From: Bacillota bacterium
GTDB taxonomy: Bacteria > Bacillota > Clostridia > TANB77 > CAG-508
Assembly (NCBI GenBank): GCA_963929525.1
Contig: CAWVJB010000080.1
Location: forward strand, 2,598 to 66,597
DNA length: 64,000 nucleotides
Reading direction: 5' to 3'
A program made the position numbers and the translations under genes. Positions 37,074 to 46,336 of the stretch are shown piece after piece. Each line of letters begins with the position of its first letter. Within the stretch, counting starts at the first letter, position 1. The notes beneath the pieces are model-generated. The model made no database searches, was not told the origin of the DNA, and saw nothing but the letters and a program-made list of their open reading frames with translations.

Positions 37074-37238
37074 GAACAATAGCGGACTTTTTTTAATATT
37101 TTCTCTATTCCTAACATTTTAAAGCCCGTGTTATTGTTCGTGCACCAAATTTTACGTTAGTAAAATTTGTGTGCAATCATTAGAGCGACGCGACGTTGTT
37201 TTTTTGTGGTATAGGAAAAGCGATTTTTCCTATACCAC
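37074..37238. repeat. family-E repeat (about 125 nt) plus family-F hairpin, inserted between the T-box terminator and the operon start codon
   Basis: About 90% identical to 58186-58310. F hairpin gtggtataggaaaagcgatttttcctataccac. Confidence 0.75.
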
Positions 37239-37239
37239 A

Positions 37240-37490
37240 AAAAAATCTTGTCCTATATAAGGGCAAGATTTTTCTCACGGTACCACCTTATTTATATAAC
37301 TAAATTGTTTTTTATTTGCACAATCTGTCTTTAATATAAAAAACTCTATTGCTATATATCTCTTTAGCTTATAACGTTGCTTAAACGGATATTCTTACTA
37401 TTATTTCAGAATATCAACAAAAAAGCTACCTTCCATTTATCATGATTTAAGAAGTTTCCAGCCAATGACTTCTATTCTCTAGAAATATGC
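37240..37490 (-). promoter_or_regulatory. T-box leader of the acyltransferase-valS operon
   Basis: Minus strand reads AAUAAGGUGGUACCGUGAG (T-box sequence), followed by a terminator hairpin plus U7. There is an AGAGA element upstream. Confidence 0.7.
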
Positions 37491-37639
37491 ATAAATGTAC
37501 TCCTCTTTTTTATCGTCTTTTCTTTTTATGTTAATATTATTACACATTCTTTTAGATTTTACAAGTATTTTTTTGAAATTCTTAAAATAAGATTATAAGT
37601 ATTCAGCCCTATATACAAGTAATAGGGCTGAAAAATTGT

Positions 37640-38803
37640 TTATTGTGCTGCTCTTCTATATAATTCTATAAAATCTTCTTTTGTAACTTCTCTTGGATTT
37701 CCTGGTTTACATGGATCATTCATAGCTTTTTCAGCAAGCATTTCAAAATCTTCTTCTTTTGCTCCGTAATCTGTAATCTTTGTATCAATTCCTACTGTTT
37801 TACTTAATTCTGAAATCATCCATACAAATGTATTAATGACATCTTGGTCATTTAAATGCTCCGCATCTGGTCTTCCTATATTCATTAAGATTTCTCTAAA
37901 TCTTTGTGCAGTTGCTGGGTCTTCTCCATTAAATCTCATAACTGTTGGAAGTAACATAGCATTTGCAATTCCATGTGGTGTATCATATACAGCTCCTAAT
38001 TGATGTGCCATTGAATGAACAATTCCAAGTCCTACGTTTGAAAATCCCATTCCAGCAATATATTGTGCCATTCCCATCATTTCAACAGCTTCTTCGTCTT
38101 TTTCATTCACTGCTGCTGGTAAATATTTAAATATCATTTTTATAGCCTTCATATGAAACATATCTGACATTTCATTATGTGCTTTTGTGATATATCCTTC
38201 TACTGCATGTGTTAAAGCATCCATTCCAGTAGCTGCTGCTAAACTTTTTGGCATTGAGCCCATTAATTCTGAATCAATGATTGCTAAAATTGGAATATCA
38301 TTAGGATCTACACATACCATTTTTACTTCTGCATCCTCATCTGTAATAACATAATTAATCGTAACTTCTGCTGCTGTTCCTGCTGTTGTAGGTAAAGCAA
38401 TAACAGGCATCCCTCTATTTATTGTATCAGATGCTCCATTTAAAGATTTGATATCTGCTCTATCTGGGTTTGTCATAACAATTGAAATTCCCTTTGCTGT
38501 ATCTATACTTGAACCTCCCCCCACTGCTACAATTAAATCTGCACCAGAATTTTTACAAGCTTCTATACCATCTGTTACATTTTTGATGGTTGGATTTGGT
38601 TTTATTTCATCATATAAATCATAAGGAACATTTGCCTTCTTTAATACTTCCTCAACTTTAGCTGTTACTCCAGCTTCTACTAGAGATTTATCACTTACTA
38701 AAAACACTTTTTTAAATCCCCTTTTTTGGATTTCTCCTGCTAGTTCTTCTCTTGCTCCTTTTCCAAAATATGATGTTTCATTTAAAACAAATTTTACTGA
38801 CAT
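37640..38803 (-). CDS. iron-containing alcohol dehydrogenase (FucO/1,3-propanediol dehydrogenase-like)
   Basis: GGGSSIDTAK, His-rich metal site (HSMAHQLG...PHG). Confidence 0.85.
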   Translation of the reverse strand: MSVKFVLNETSYFGKGAREELAGEIQKRGFKKVFLVSDKSLVEAGVTAKVEEVLKKANVPYDLYDEIKPNPTIKNVTDGIEACKNSGADLIVAVGGGSSIDTAKGISIVMTNPDRADIKSLNGASDTINRGMPVIALPTTAGTAAEVTINYVITDEDAEVKMVCVDPNDIPILAIIDSELMGSMPKSLAAATGMDALTHAVEGYITKAHNEMSDMFHMKAIKMIFKYLPAAVNEKDEEAVEMMGMAQYIAGMGFSNVGLGIVHSMAHQLGAVYDTPHGIANAMLLPTVMRFNGEDPATAQRFREILMNIGRPDAEHLNDQDVINTFVWMISELSKTVGIDTKITDYGAKEEDFEMLAEKAMNDPCKPGNPREVTKEDFIELYRRAAQ

Positions 38804-38903
38804 TTTTAATTCCTCCTTAATATATTTTTTATTACTTTTTTATATGAGAAACTCTACTCTTATCTGAATTATAAAAGAGACTTTCTTTATATAATAAGTT
38901 TTA

Positions 38904-38944
38904 GTTTCTTATATTCGTGAAGTGTTGCTAAGCAATCTTCACAT
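38904..38944. repeat. family-G palindromic repeat
   Basis: gtttcttatattcgtgaagtgttgctaagcaatcttcacat. Second copy at 44175-44216. Confidence 0.65.
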
Positions 38945-38982
38945 CTATATAATTAAATTTTAATTTTTTTAATTACATCTTT

Positions 38983-39663
38983 TTATCCTTGTTGAAAATC
39001 TGATGGTATCTCAAATATATTATCATCAACACCATAAGATATATCTATATGAATTAATTCTGATTTATCTTCCATGATTGTTTTAATATATTCTAAGTCA
39101 TCACCATCAAAATAAAATCTAGTATTGGCATTTTCTTCTGAAATATCTTCACCTATATTCATTAAAAAGTCTGATACCCCTTTATATTCTTCATAACGAT
39201 AATTGTGACCGTCTATTTTTTCTTGTCCTTTTTCTGGCTGTTGATTTTGTATCATTTCACTTAATTGATTTGGTAATTCTCCAAGCCCTGTTACATTATT
39301 TTGATAAGTATAATATCTTTTTGTACTATACATTAATAAATACGTATTTCCATCTTTTATAATATTAGTTGTATGATTTCCATTTTTATAAGTATCAATA
39401 TTTGCTACATTACCTTTTCTTGATACTGTATATTTATTATTTTCATCTAATTGGAATGTTATACTATATGTTTGATTTTGCATCATTTTTTCATATATAT
39501 TTGCTACTCTGTTTTTATCAACATTCTCTTTTTCATTTTTTGCTACTGCATATACAATCAATCCTATTATAATAATTACTATAATGATACAAACTGAAAT
39601 AATAAATATTTTTTGTTTTTTATCTATTTTTTCTAATTGTTTCAAGTTTTCCATTTTTTTCAT
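38983..39663 (-). CDS. hypothetical membrane-anchored protein
   Basis: 226 aa, one N-terminal TM helix. No motif recognised. Confidence 0.55.
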   Translation of the reverse strand: MKKMENLKQLEKIDKKQKIFIISVCIIIVIIIIGLIVYAVAKNEKENVDKNRVANIYEKMMQNQTYSITFQLDENNKYTVSRKGNVANIDTYKNGNHTTNIIKDGNTYLLMYSTKRYYTYQNNVTGLGELPNQLSEMIQNQQPEKGQEKIDGHNYRYEEYKGVSDFLMNIGEDISEENANTRFYFDGDDLEYIKTIMEDKSELIHIDISYGVDDNIFEIPSDFQQG

Positions 39664-39892
39664 TCCTTTCCTTACAAATATTACATAGAAAGACCTATTT
39701 TTCTCTTATGCGTATAGATTTTATATACCTCAAATTTAAAGTTCTTATATTTACTTTAAAAACTTTGATTTTTCTGTATACAATGTCCTTATATTTATTA
39801 TAACCAAATTATACCAATAATATTTTGTTATCTCAATAAAATAGATTAAAATGTAATATAAATGTAATAAAAGCAAGTTTCAATGTACAGTT

Positions 39893-39953
39893 CCATAAAG
39901 GACAAGGAAAGGTTATAAAATCTATAATAACATAACCTGTTCTTTTCCTTTAT
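39893..39953. repeat. short family-H hairpin (arms only)
   Basis: ataaaggacaaggaaaggttat ... ataacctgttcttttcctttat. Related to the ends of the 56911-57152 element. Confidence 0.6.
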
Positions 39954-40083
39954 GCAACTGCGCCTTATAACAAAAACAGACCTCCTATAACTCTTGTTTA
40001 TTATTGAGGTCTGCTTTTTTATGGTATAGGATAAATTGCTTTTCCTATATATAAATTTTAAATTTATCTTCAATATTTTGATT

Positions 40084-41226
40084 TTAATCTCCTAAACAAA
40101 TTCCAATGTCTCTTGCTGTTTTTACTAAATCGTGATCCATCGTTACTAATCTTACATTACTTTCTGCTGTACCACCTTGAACAGCTCCAATCTCTTTGTT
40201 TTCTCCTACTACAACTTCTAATGGTACACAATCTAATTTTCCATTTTTAATAACTGTTAATACACCAAATTTTCCTTCCATAGCAAGTTCTACTGCTTTT
40301 GCACCATATTTGGTAGATAATACTCTATCATATGCTGTTGGTGTTCCACCTCTTTGCATATATCCTAAAATGGTACATCTCGATTCTAGTCCTGTTAATT
40401 CTTGAAGTTCTTTAGCTACTCTATTTCCTTCTCCACCAAATTTAACACTAATTCCTGCTTTGTCATCAATTCCTTCTGCTGAGTGTGTTGTTTGTTCAGC
40501 ATTTTTTGGATGTGCTCCTTCTGAAACAACCACAACACTAAATCTTTTTCCTTGTTCTTTTCTTTTATTAATTGCTTCTGCTGCTTTATGAATATCATAT
40601 GGTATTTCTGGAATTAGTGCAACATCTGCTCCTCCAGAAATAGCAGATTCTAAAGCAATCCAACCAGCAAATCTTCCCATGACCTCTAATACCATAATTC
40701 TATCATGTGTTTCTGCTGTTGTATGTAATCTATCGATTGCCTCAGTTGCTACATGAACAGCTGTATTATATCCAAATGTAATATCTGTACATGCAACATC
40801 ATTATCTATTGTTTTTGGTACTCCAATTGTATTAATTCCTTTTAAGAATAAGTCTCTTGCTGATTTTTGTGTACTATCTCCACCTAATGTAAAGACACAA
40901 TCAAATCCTGCTTCTTTTACGTTTTTGACACATTGGTCTGATAAATCCTCATATGTCACTGTTCCATCTTCATGTTCTACTTTATAATGGAAAACAATTG
41001 CATTTGTAGAAGATCCAATAATAGAACCACCTTTTGGTAAAATTCCAGAAGCAATATCACTTCCATCTAATCTAACATAATTATTTTTTACAAGGCCTCT
41101 GTATCCATCAATATAACCATAGCATTCTATTCCATTTGTTTCACATGTCTTTTTAATTGCTCTGATTACTGCATTAAATCCTGATACATCTCCTCCATTT
41201 GCTAGTATCGCTACTTTCTTTAACAT
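40084..41226 (-). CDS. pfkA: 6-phosphofructokinase
   Basis: GGDVSGFNAV, GGDSTQ, PKTIDND, VMGRFAGW. Confidence 0.85.
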   Translation of the reverse strand: MLKKVAILANGGDVSGFNAVIRAIKKTCETNGIECYGYIDGYRGLVKNNYVRLDGSDIASGILPKGGSIIGSSTNAIVFHYKVEHEDGTVTYEDLSDQCVKNVKEAGFDCVFTLGGDSTQKSARDLFLKGINTIGVPKTIDNDVACTDITFGYNTAVHVATEAIDRLHTTAETHDRIMVLEVMGRFAGWIALESAISGGADVALIPEIPYDIHKAAEAINKRKEQGKRFSVVVVSEGAHPKNAEQTTHSAEGIDDKAGISVKFGGEGNRVAKELQELTGLESRCTILGYMQRGGTPTAYDRVLSTKYGAKAVELAMEGKFGVLTVIKNGKLDCVPLEVVVGENKEIGAVQGGTAESNVRLVTMDHDLVKTARDIGICLGD

Positions 41227-41419
41227 AAAAATCCTCCCTTTCTCTTGTTTATGTCCATATATTATTATATCAATATTATGGAAAATTACAAGTTTTTGGG
41301 AAGGATTTTTTTAATTTATGTTTTAGCATAGTTACCGTTCAGACCTAAGCATCTTAAGGTAGATGTGATAAATAATATTTTTAATATTTTCTTCATATTA
41401 AATTTCACCCTTCTTTTTT

Positions 41420-41842
41420 CTAAACAATCGCAAAAGTCAACTCACCTTTTACAGCTACTTTGCCGTCTACAGTTGCTAAAGCTTCTCCAATTCCAATAGA
41501 TCCTTTTCTTTTAATAATTTTTACTTCTAATTTTACTCTATCCCCTGGAACCACTTGTCTTTTAAATCTTAATTTATCGATTCCACCAAATAAAGCATTT
41601 CTTCCTTTATTTTCTTCCATAGAAAGAATAGCCACTGCACCAGTTTGTGCTAAAGATTCTACAATTAAAACTCCTGGCATAATTGGATTTCCAGGAAAAT
41701 GCCCTTTAAAATAATATTCATCTTCACTAACATTTTTATATGCTACTGCACTTTCTCCTGGTACATATTCTTCTACTTCATCTATCATCAAAAATGGTTC
41801 TCTTTGTGGTATAATTTCCTTGATTTGCTCTTTATTTAACAT
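41420..41842 (-). CDS. fabZ: 3-hydroxyacyl-ACP dehydratase
   Basis: [25 protein letters not shown]. Confidence 0.95.
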   Translation of the reverse strand: MLNKEQIKEIIPQREPFLMIDEVEEYVPGESAVAYKNVSEDEYYFKGHFPGNPIMPGVLIVESLAQTGAVAILSMEENKGRNALFGGIDKLRFKRQVVPGDRVKLEVKIIKRKGSIGIGEALATVDGKVAVKGELTFAIV

Positions 41843-41950
41843 TTTAATTATATCCTTTCTTTACTTTTAAATTACTATCAATCTACATTCCTTTAAGTTA
41901 AATTCTTCTAACAATAATTTCTTCTAAAGTCAAAATTCATTAAGCAAAAA

Positions 41951-41981
41951 TGTCCCAAACAGAAACGTCCCCAAAAGGACA
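41951..41981 (-). repeat. family-A repeat immediately after the accB stop codon
   Basis: Minus strand reads TAA TGTCCTTTTGGGGACG... Confidence 0.8.
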
Positions 41982-42446
41982 TTATTTTATTTTAAATAGT
42001 GGTGTACCATATTCAACCACATCTTCATTCTTTACGCAAATTTCTGCAACTTCACCATCAAATTCTGATTCGATTTCATTCATTAATTTCATAGCTTCTA
42101 CTATACATACTACTTGTCCTTTTGAAATTTTATCTCCTACTTTTACATATGGATCTTTGTCTGGTGATGAGCTTGCATAAAAAGTACCTACCATCGGTGA
42201 TTTGATGACTTTATAGTTTTCTTCTTTTTTCTCTTCTACGGCAACCATACCTTTTTCTTCTTGTGGTTTTACGGCTGGAACAGATATTGGTGCACTTGCT
42301 TCTATCACATGTGGTTCTACAATCACTTCTCTTTTTTCACTTTTTTTCATACTGATTTTTACACCATCTGGAAATTCAATTTCTAATTCTTCTAATTTAG
42401 AATTTCCCATATCGTCCATTAATTTTTTAATTTCTTTATAGTCCAT
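41982..42446 (-). CDS. accB: acetyl-CoA carboxylase biotin carboxyl carrier protein
   Basis: EAMKLMNEI biotinylation motif; P/A/E linker. Confidence 0.9.
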   Translation of the reverse strand: MDYKEIKKLMDDMGNSKLEELEIEFPDGVKISMKKSEKREVIVEPHVIEASAPISVPAVKPQEEKGMVAVEEKKEENYKVIKSPMVGTFYASSSPDKDPYVKVGDKISKGQVVCIVEAMKLMNEIESEFDGEVAEICVKNEDVVEYGTPLFKIK

Positions 42447-42594
42447 ATTTCTACCTCCATTTTTGTTTTTATTTTACATCATTTTTCTTAAATTGAAAAG
42501 TGCAAAGCATAAATTATTATAAATTTAGTTATAAAATGGTTAGGTTTGAACTGTAACATAAAATATTACTATTCATATGCAAAAATTATTTTAT

Positions 42595-42645
42595 AGAATG
42601 TTGTTATATCATAGAATCTTTCAAAATATGATATAACAACATTCT
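42595..42645 (-). terminator. 19-bp hairpin between fabF and accB
   Basis: agaatgttgttatatcata / tatgatataacaacattct. Confidence 0.5.
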
Positions 42646-42672
42646 TATCAATAACAATTTATAAACATTTCC

Positions 42673-43914
42673 TTAGTCTTCATACTTTTTCAATAAAATA
42701 CTACTATTGTGTCCACCAAATCCCAATGAATTAGACATGGCATATTTTACTTCTACTTTTCTTCCTTTATTCGGAACAACATCTAAATCACATTCTTCAT
42801 CTGGAACTTTATAATTAATCGTTGCTGGAACAAATCCTTCTTCAATTGCTTTTGCACATACAATAGCTTCTACTCCACCTGCTGCTCCTAACAAATGTCC
42901 AGTATGTCCTTTTGTTGAACTTACCATTACTTTTTTAGCTACATCCTCTCCTAATGCTGTTTTAATCGCTTGTGTCTCATAAGAATCATTTAGATGTGTT
43001 GAAGTACCATGTGCGTTGATATATGTAATTTCTTCTGGATTTACTTTTGCCTCTTCTAAAGCAATTTTCATAGCTCTTGCACCACCTTCTCCTCCTGGAG
43101 CAGGTGAAGTAATATGGTATGCATCAGATGTTGCACCATATCCCACAATCTCTGCATAAATTTTGGCACCTCTTTTTTTTGCATGTTCTAATTCTTCTAA
43201 AACAACTACTCCTGCACCTTCTCCCATAACAAATCCACTTCTTTCTTTATCAAATGGAATACTTGCTCTTGTTTTATCTTCTGCTTTTGTCAAAGCTTTT
43301 ATATTGGCAAATCCTGCTATTCCAAGTGGTGTAATTCCTGCTTCTGTTCCCCCTGCTAATACCACATCTTGATATCCATGTTTAATCATTCTAAAACTTT
43401 CTCCAATACTATGTGTACCTGTTGCACATGCTGTAACCATCGCAATAGATTCTCCTTTTGCGCCAATATCAATTGCTACATTTCCTGTTGCCATATTGGA
43501 AATTCCCATAGGTATATACATTGGAGAAACTCTATCAGGTCCTTTTGTCATACATTTTTCATGTTCTGTTTCAATTGTTTGTATCCCTCCGATTCCTGAT
43601 CCTATAATAATTCCTACTCTTTCCATGTTTTCAGTTTCTTTGTCTAACCCACTATCTTTCCATGCTTCTCTTGCAACTATCATAGCATATTGGGAAAATT
43701 TATCCAATCTTTTTGCTTCTCTTTTATCAAAATAATCTTCTGGATTATATCCTTTTAACTCTGCTGCTAGTTTTACTTTAAAGTTTGATATATCAAAACT
43801 TTTAATTTCATCAATTCCACATTTTCCTTCTTTAATTCCATTCCAAAATTCTTCTGTATTGTTTCCTATTGGCGTTAAAGCCCCTAATCCTGTAATAACA
43901 ACTCTTCTTTCCAT
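42673..43914 (-). CDS. fabF: 3-oxoacyl-ACP synthase II
   Basis: VTACATG active-site Cys, HGTSTHLND, GHLLGAAG. Confidence 0.95.
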   Translation of the reverse strand: MERRVVITGLGALTPIGNNTEEFWNGIKEGKCGIDEIKSFDISNFKVKLAAELKGYNPEDYFDKREAKRLDKFSQYAMIVAREAWKDSGLDKETENMERVGIIIGSGIGGIQTIETEHEKCMTKGPDRVSPMYIPMGISNMATGNVAIDIGAKGESIAMVTACATGTHSIGESFRMIKHGYQDVVLAGGTEAGITPLGIAGFANIKALTKAEDKTRASIPFDKERSGFVMGEGAGVVVLEELEHAKKRGAKIYAEIVGYGATSDAYHITSPAPGGEGGARAMKIALEEAKVNPEEITYINAHGTSTHLNDSYETQAIKTALGEDVAKKVMVSSTKGHTGHLLGAAGGVEAIVCAKAIEEGFVPATINYKVPDEECDLDVVPNKGRKVEVKYAMSNSLGFGGHNSSILLKKYED

Positions 43915-44004
43915 TTTTCTCTTCCTTTCATTTTTTAATATCGTATTGAACCAAAATATACTATTATACCAGTCTGTTTTAAAAACAAATTCAAAGTAGT
44001 ATAT

Positions 44005-44250
44005 TGTGCATTTCCGATATTAAATTCAAGCTGAAAGCATACTTTTTGTATGTCGAAGTTTGAATTTAATATCGAAAATGTGCAAGATGCTGCTTTCAAT
44101 TTGTTTTTCATTGTATAGGAAAAATCTTCTTTTATCTTGACTCCATATGGATTTTTCCGTATAAAACAAGGTTAGGCTTCTTATATTCGTGAAGTACTGC
44201 GAAGCAGTCTTCACATTTGTGCATCGAAATCTTTGATTTCGTTAATGCAC
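44005..44250. repeat. cluster of palindromic repeats in the fabG-fabF spacer (24-bp IR, F-like hairpin, family-G copy, extra hairpin)
   Basis: tgcatttccgatattaaattcaa / ttgaatttaatatcgaaaatgtgca; tataggaaaaatc...gatttttccgtata; G copy at 44175-44216; gtgcatcgaaatc...gatttcgttaatgcac. Confidence 0.6.
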
Positions 44251-44257
44251 GCCTTTC

Positions 44258-44998
44258 TTACATAACCATTCCGCCATCTATATTAACAACTTGACCAGTA
44301 ATATAAGCACTTTCATCTGAGCCTAAGAAATATATCAAATCTGCCACTTCTTTTGCTGTTCCCATTCTCTTTAATGGAATTTGATTATGTATATTTTCTT
44401 TTACTTCTTCTGACAAAACAGCAGTCATATCTGTTTCTATAAATCCAGGTGCTACTGCATTTGCTCTAATATTTCTTGAAGCTAATTCTTTTGCTACACT
44501 TTTTGTAAACCCAATAATTCCAGCTTTTGATGCTGCATAATTACACTGTCCTGCATTCCCTGCAACACCTACAATTGATGACAAATTGATAATACTTCCT
44601 TTTCTTTTTTTCATCATATATTTTGTAACTGCTTTTGTGACAACATATGTTCCTTTTAAGTTTACTTCTATAACTCTATCAAATTCTTCTTCACTCATCC
44701 TCATTAATAAATTGTCTTTTGTGATACCTGCATTATTAACCAATACATCTATACTTCCAAATTCTTCGATTGCTTTTTTTACCAATTCTTCAATCGCTTC
44801 TTTATTGGTTACATCTGCTTGCATAATCAATGTTTTTACACCTTTATTTTCAAATTCCGCTTTTAATTCTTCCACATTTGTTTTGCTTGAAACATAGTTA
44901 ATGACAACATTATATCCATTGTCTGCAAATTTTAAGGCAACTTCTTTTCCAATTCCTCTTGAAGCTCCTGTTACAAATACAGTCTTATTTTCTTTCAT
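44258..44998 (-). CDS. fabG: 3-oxoacyl-ACP reductase
   Basis: TGASRGIG, NNAG, YAASK SDR motifs. Confidence 0.95.
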   Translation of the reverse strand: MKENKTVFVTGASRGIGKEVALKFADNGYNVVINYVSSKTNVEELKAEFENKGVKTLIMQADVTNKEAIEELVKKAIEEFGSIDVLVNNAGITKDNLLMRMSEEEFDRVIEVNLKGTYVVTKAVTKYMMKKRKGSIINLSSIVGVAGNAGQCNYAASKAGIIGFTKSVAKELASRNIRANAVAPGFIETDMTAVLSEEVKENIHNQIPLKRMGTAKEVADLIYFLGSDESAYITGQVVNIDGGMVM

Positions 44999-45022
44999 TT
45001 CCTTTTCTTCCTTTCTTTTTTA

Positions 45023-45158
45023 TGTTAGGGGACACACTTTACCATTTGGTCATTTCCACTTAGGTTAAAGTATGTCCCCTCCCTTTATGATTTACTGTTG
45101 ACCTTCGTTTAAGTTCTTCCTCTTTTTCTTCTTTATTTTTAGGACACACCTTACCCTC
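45023..45158. repeat. family-D repeat in the fabG 5' leader
   Basis: tgttaggggacacac..ccacttaggttaa..tcccctccc. About 80% identical over about 100 nt to 60976-61075. Confidence 0.7.
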
Positions 45159-45159
45159 A

Positions 45160-46095
45160 TTATACTTGTTCTTCTAAGTATTTTTCTAAACTATCTACAT
45201 TATTTATATTAAATGTTTTTGCTTCTTTATTATCTTTCTTTACAAATCCTGTTAAAGTTCTTCCTGGTCCAATTTCTAAATATTCTTCTACTTTCTCTTG
45301 CTCCATTAATTGAATTGCTTTATCAAATCTTACTGGACTAATAATATGATTTGCTAAGATTTCTTTTATATTATCATTTTCAGTATAGTATGTACCATCA
45401 ATATTTTTTATGACTTTAACCTTTGTATTAAGATGAAAATCAATATTTACCAATTCTTTTTCATATGCTTCTTTTGCTTTTTCTAGTTTTATTGTATGGA
45501 ATGGTCCACTTGTATTTAATTTCATTGCTCTTTTGGCACCTTGTGCTTTCAAGATCTTCATTGCTTCTTCAATAGCATCTTCTTGTCCCGATATAACTGT
45601 TTGTACACTGCAATTATAGTTTGCAACAACAATAAATTTGTTTTCTTTAGCAATTTCTTGACAAACTTCTTCTATTTTTTCTGCATCTAGTCCAATTATC
45701 GCTGCCATAGAAAATTTTTGATTAGGTAAAAGATTTTCCATGTAATATCCTCTTTTTTGAATTAATTTGATTCCATCTTTAAAACTAATCATTCCTGCAT
45801 AAATTAAAGCACCATATTCTCCTAAACTTAATCCAGTTGCCATATCTGCTTCTATTCCTTTTTCTTTTAAAACTTCTAATATTGCTAAACTTGTTGTTAA
45901 TATGGCAATTTGTGTGTTTTCTGTTCTATTTAATTCTTCTTCTGGACCTTCAAAGCAAAGTTTTTTTACATCGATTCCAGATATTCTTGAAGCCTCATCA
46001 TAGATTTTTTTTGCTTCATCATACTTTTCATAAATATCTTTTCCCATTCCTACAACTTGTGCACCTTGTCCAGGAAATAAAAATGCTCTTTTCAT
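45160..46095 (-). CDS. fabD: malonyl CoA-ACP transacylase
   Basis: AFLFPGQGAQ, GLSLGEY. The start at the MKRAFLF ATG (46095) is preferred over the track start at 46155. Confidence 0.9.
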   Translation of the reverse strand: MKRAFLFPGQGAQVVGMGKDIYEKYDEAKKIYDEASRISGIDVKKLCFEGPEEELNRTENTQIAILTTSLAILEVLKEKGIEADMATGLSLGEYGALIYAGMISFKDGIKLIQKRGYYMENLLPNQKFSMAAIIGLDAEKIEEVCQEIAKENKFIVVANYNCSVQTVISGQEDAIEEAMKILKAQGAKRAMKLNTSGPFHTIKLEKAKEAYEKELVNIDFHLNTKVKVIKNIDGTYYTENDNIKEILANHIISPVRFDKAIQLMEQEKVEEYLEIGPGRTLTGFVKKDNKEAKTFNINNVDSLEKYLEEQV

Positions 46096-46336
46096 TCTTC
46101 TTTCTTCATCCTTTCTTTTTAATTCTTTTTTGATTATGTTATATTTCATTTTCATCTATGTATATTACTTAAACCGACTACTTCTTTCGATTTTTATATT
46201 CATTATGCCTTTTATATTTATATACTATTTTTGTATTTTTTTCTATTAGTATGAGTGGTCAAAAATAAAGAATATTTACTAAAATTAAAGCAAATATTCT
46301 TTATTTTCATATTTCTGTTTGGTTTTATACTTATTC

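Noticed and set aside
38904-38944. Family-G palindrome upstream of the alcohol dehydrogenase as a Rex operator
   Set aside because: The half-sites GTGAAG/CTTCAC are 14 nt apart, not the ~6 nt of the TTGTGAA-N6-TTCACAA consensus. The same element recurs in the fab cluster, so it is more likely a repeat.
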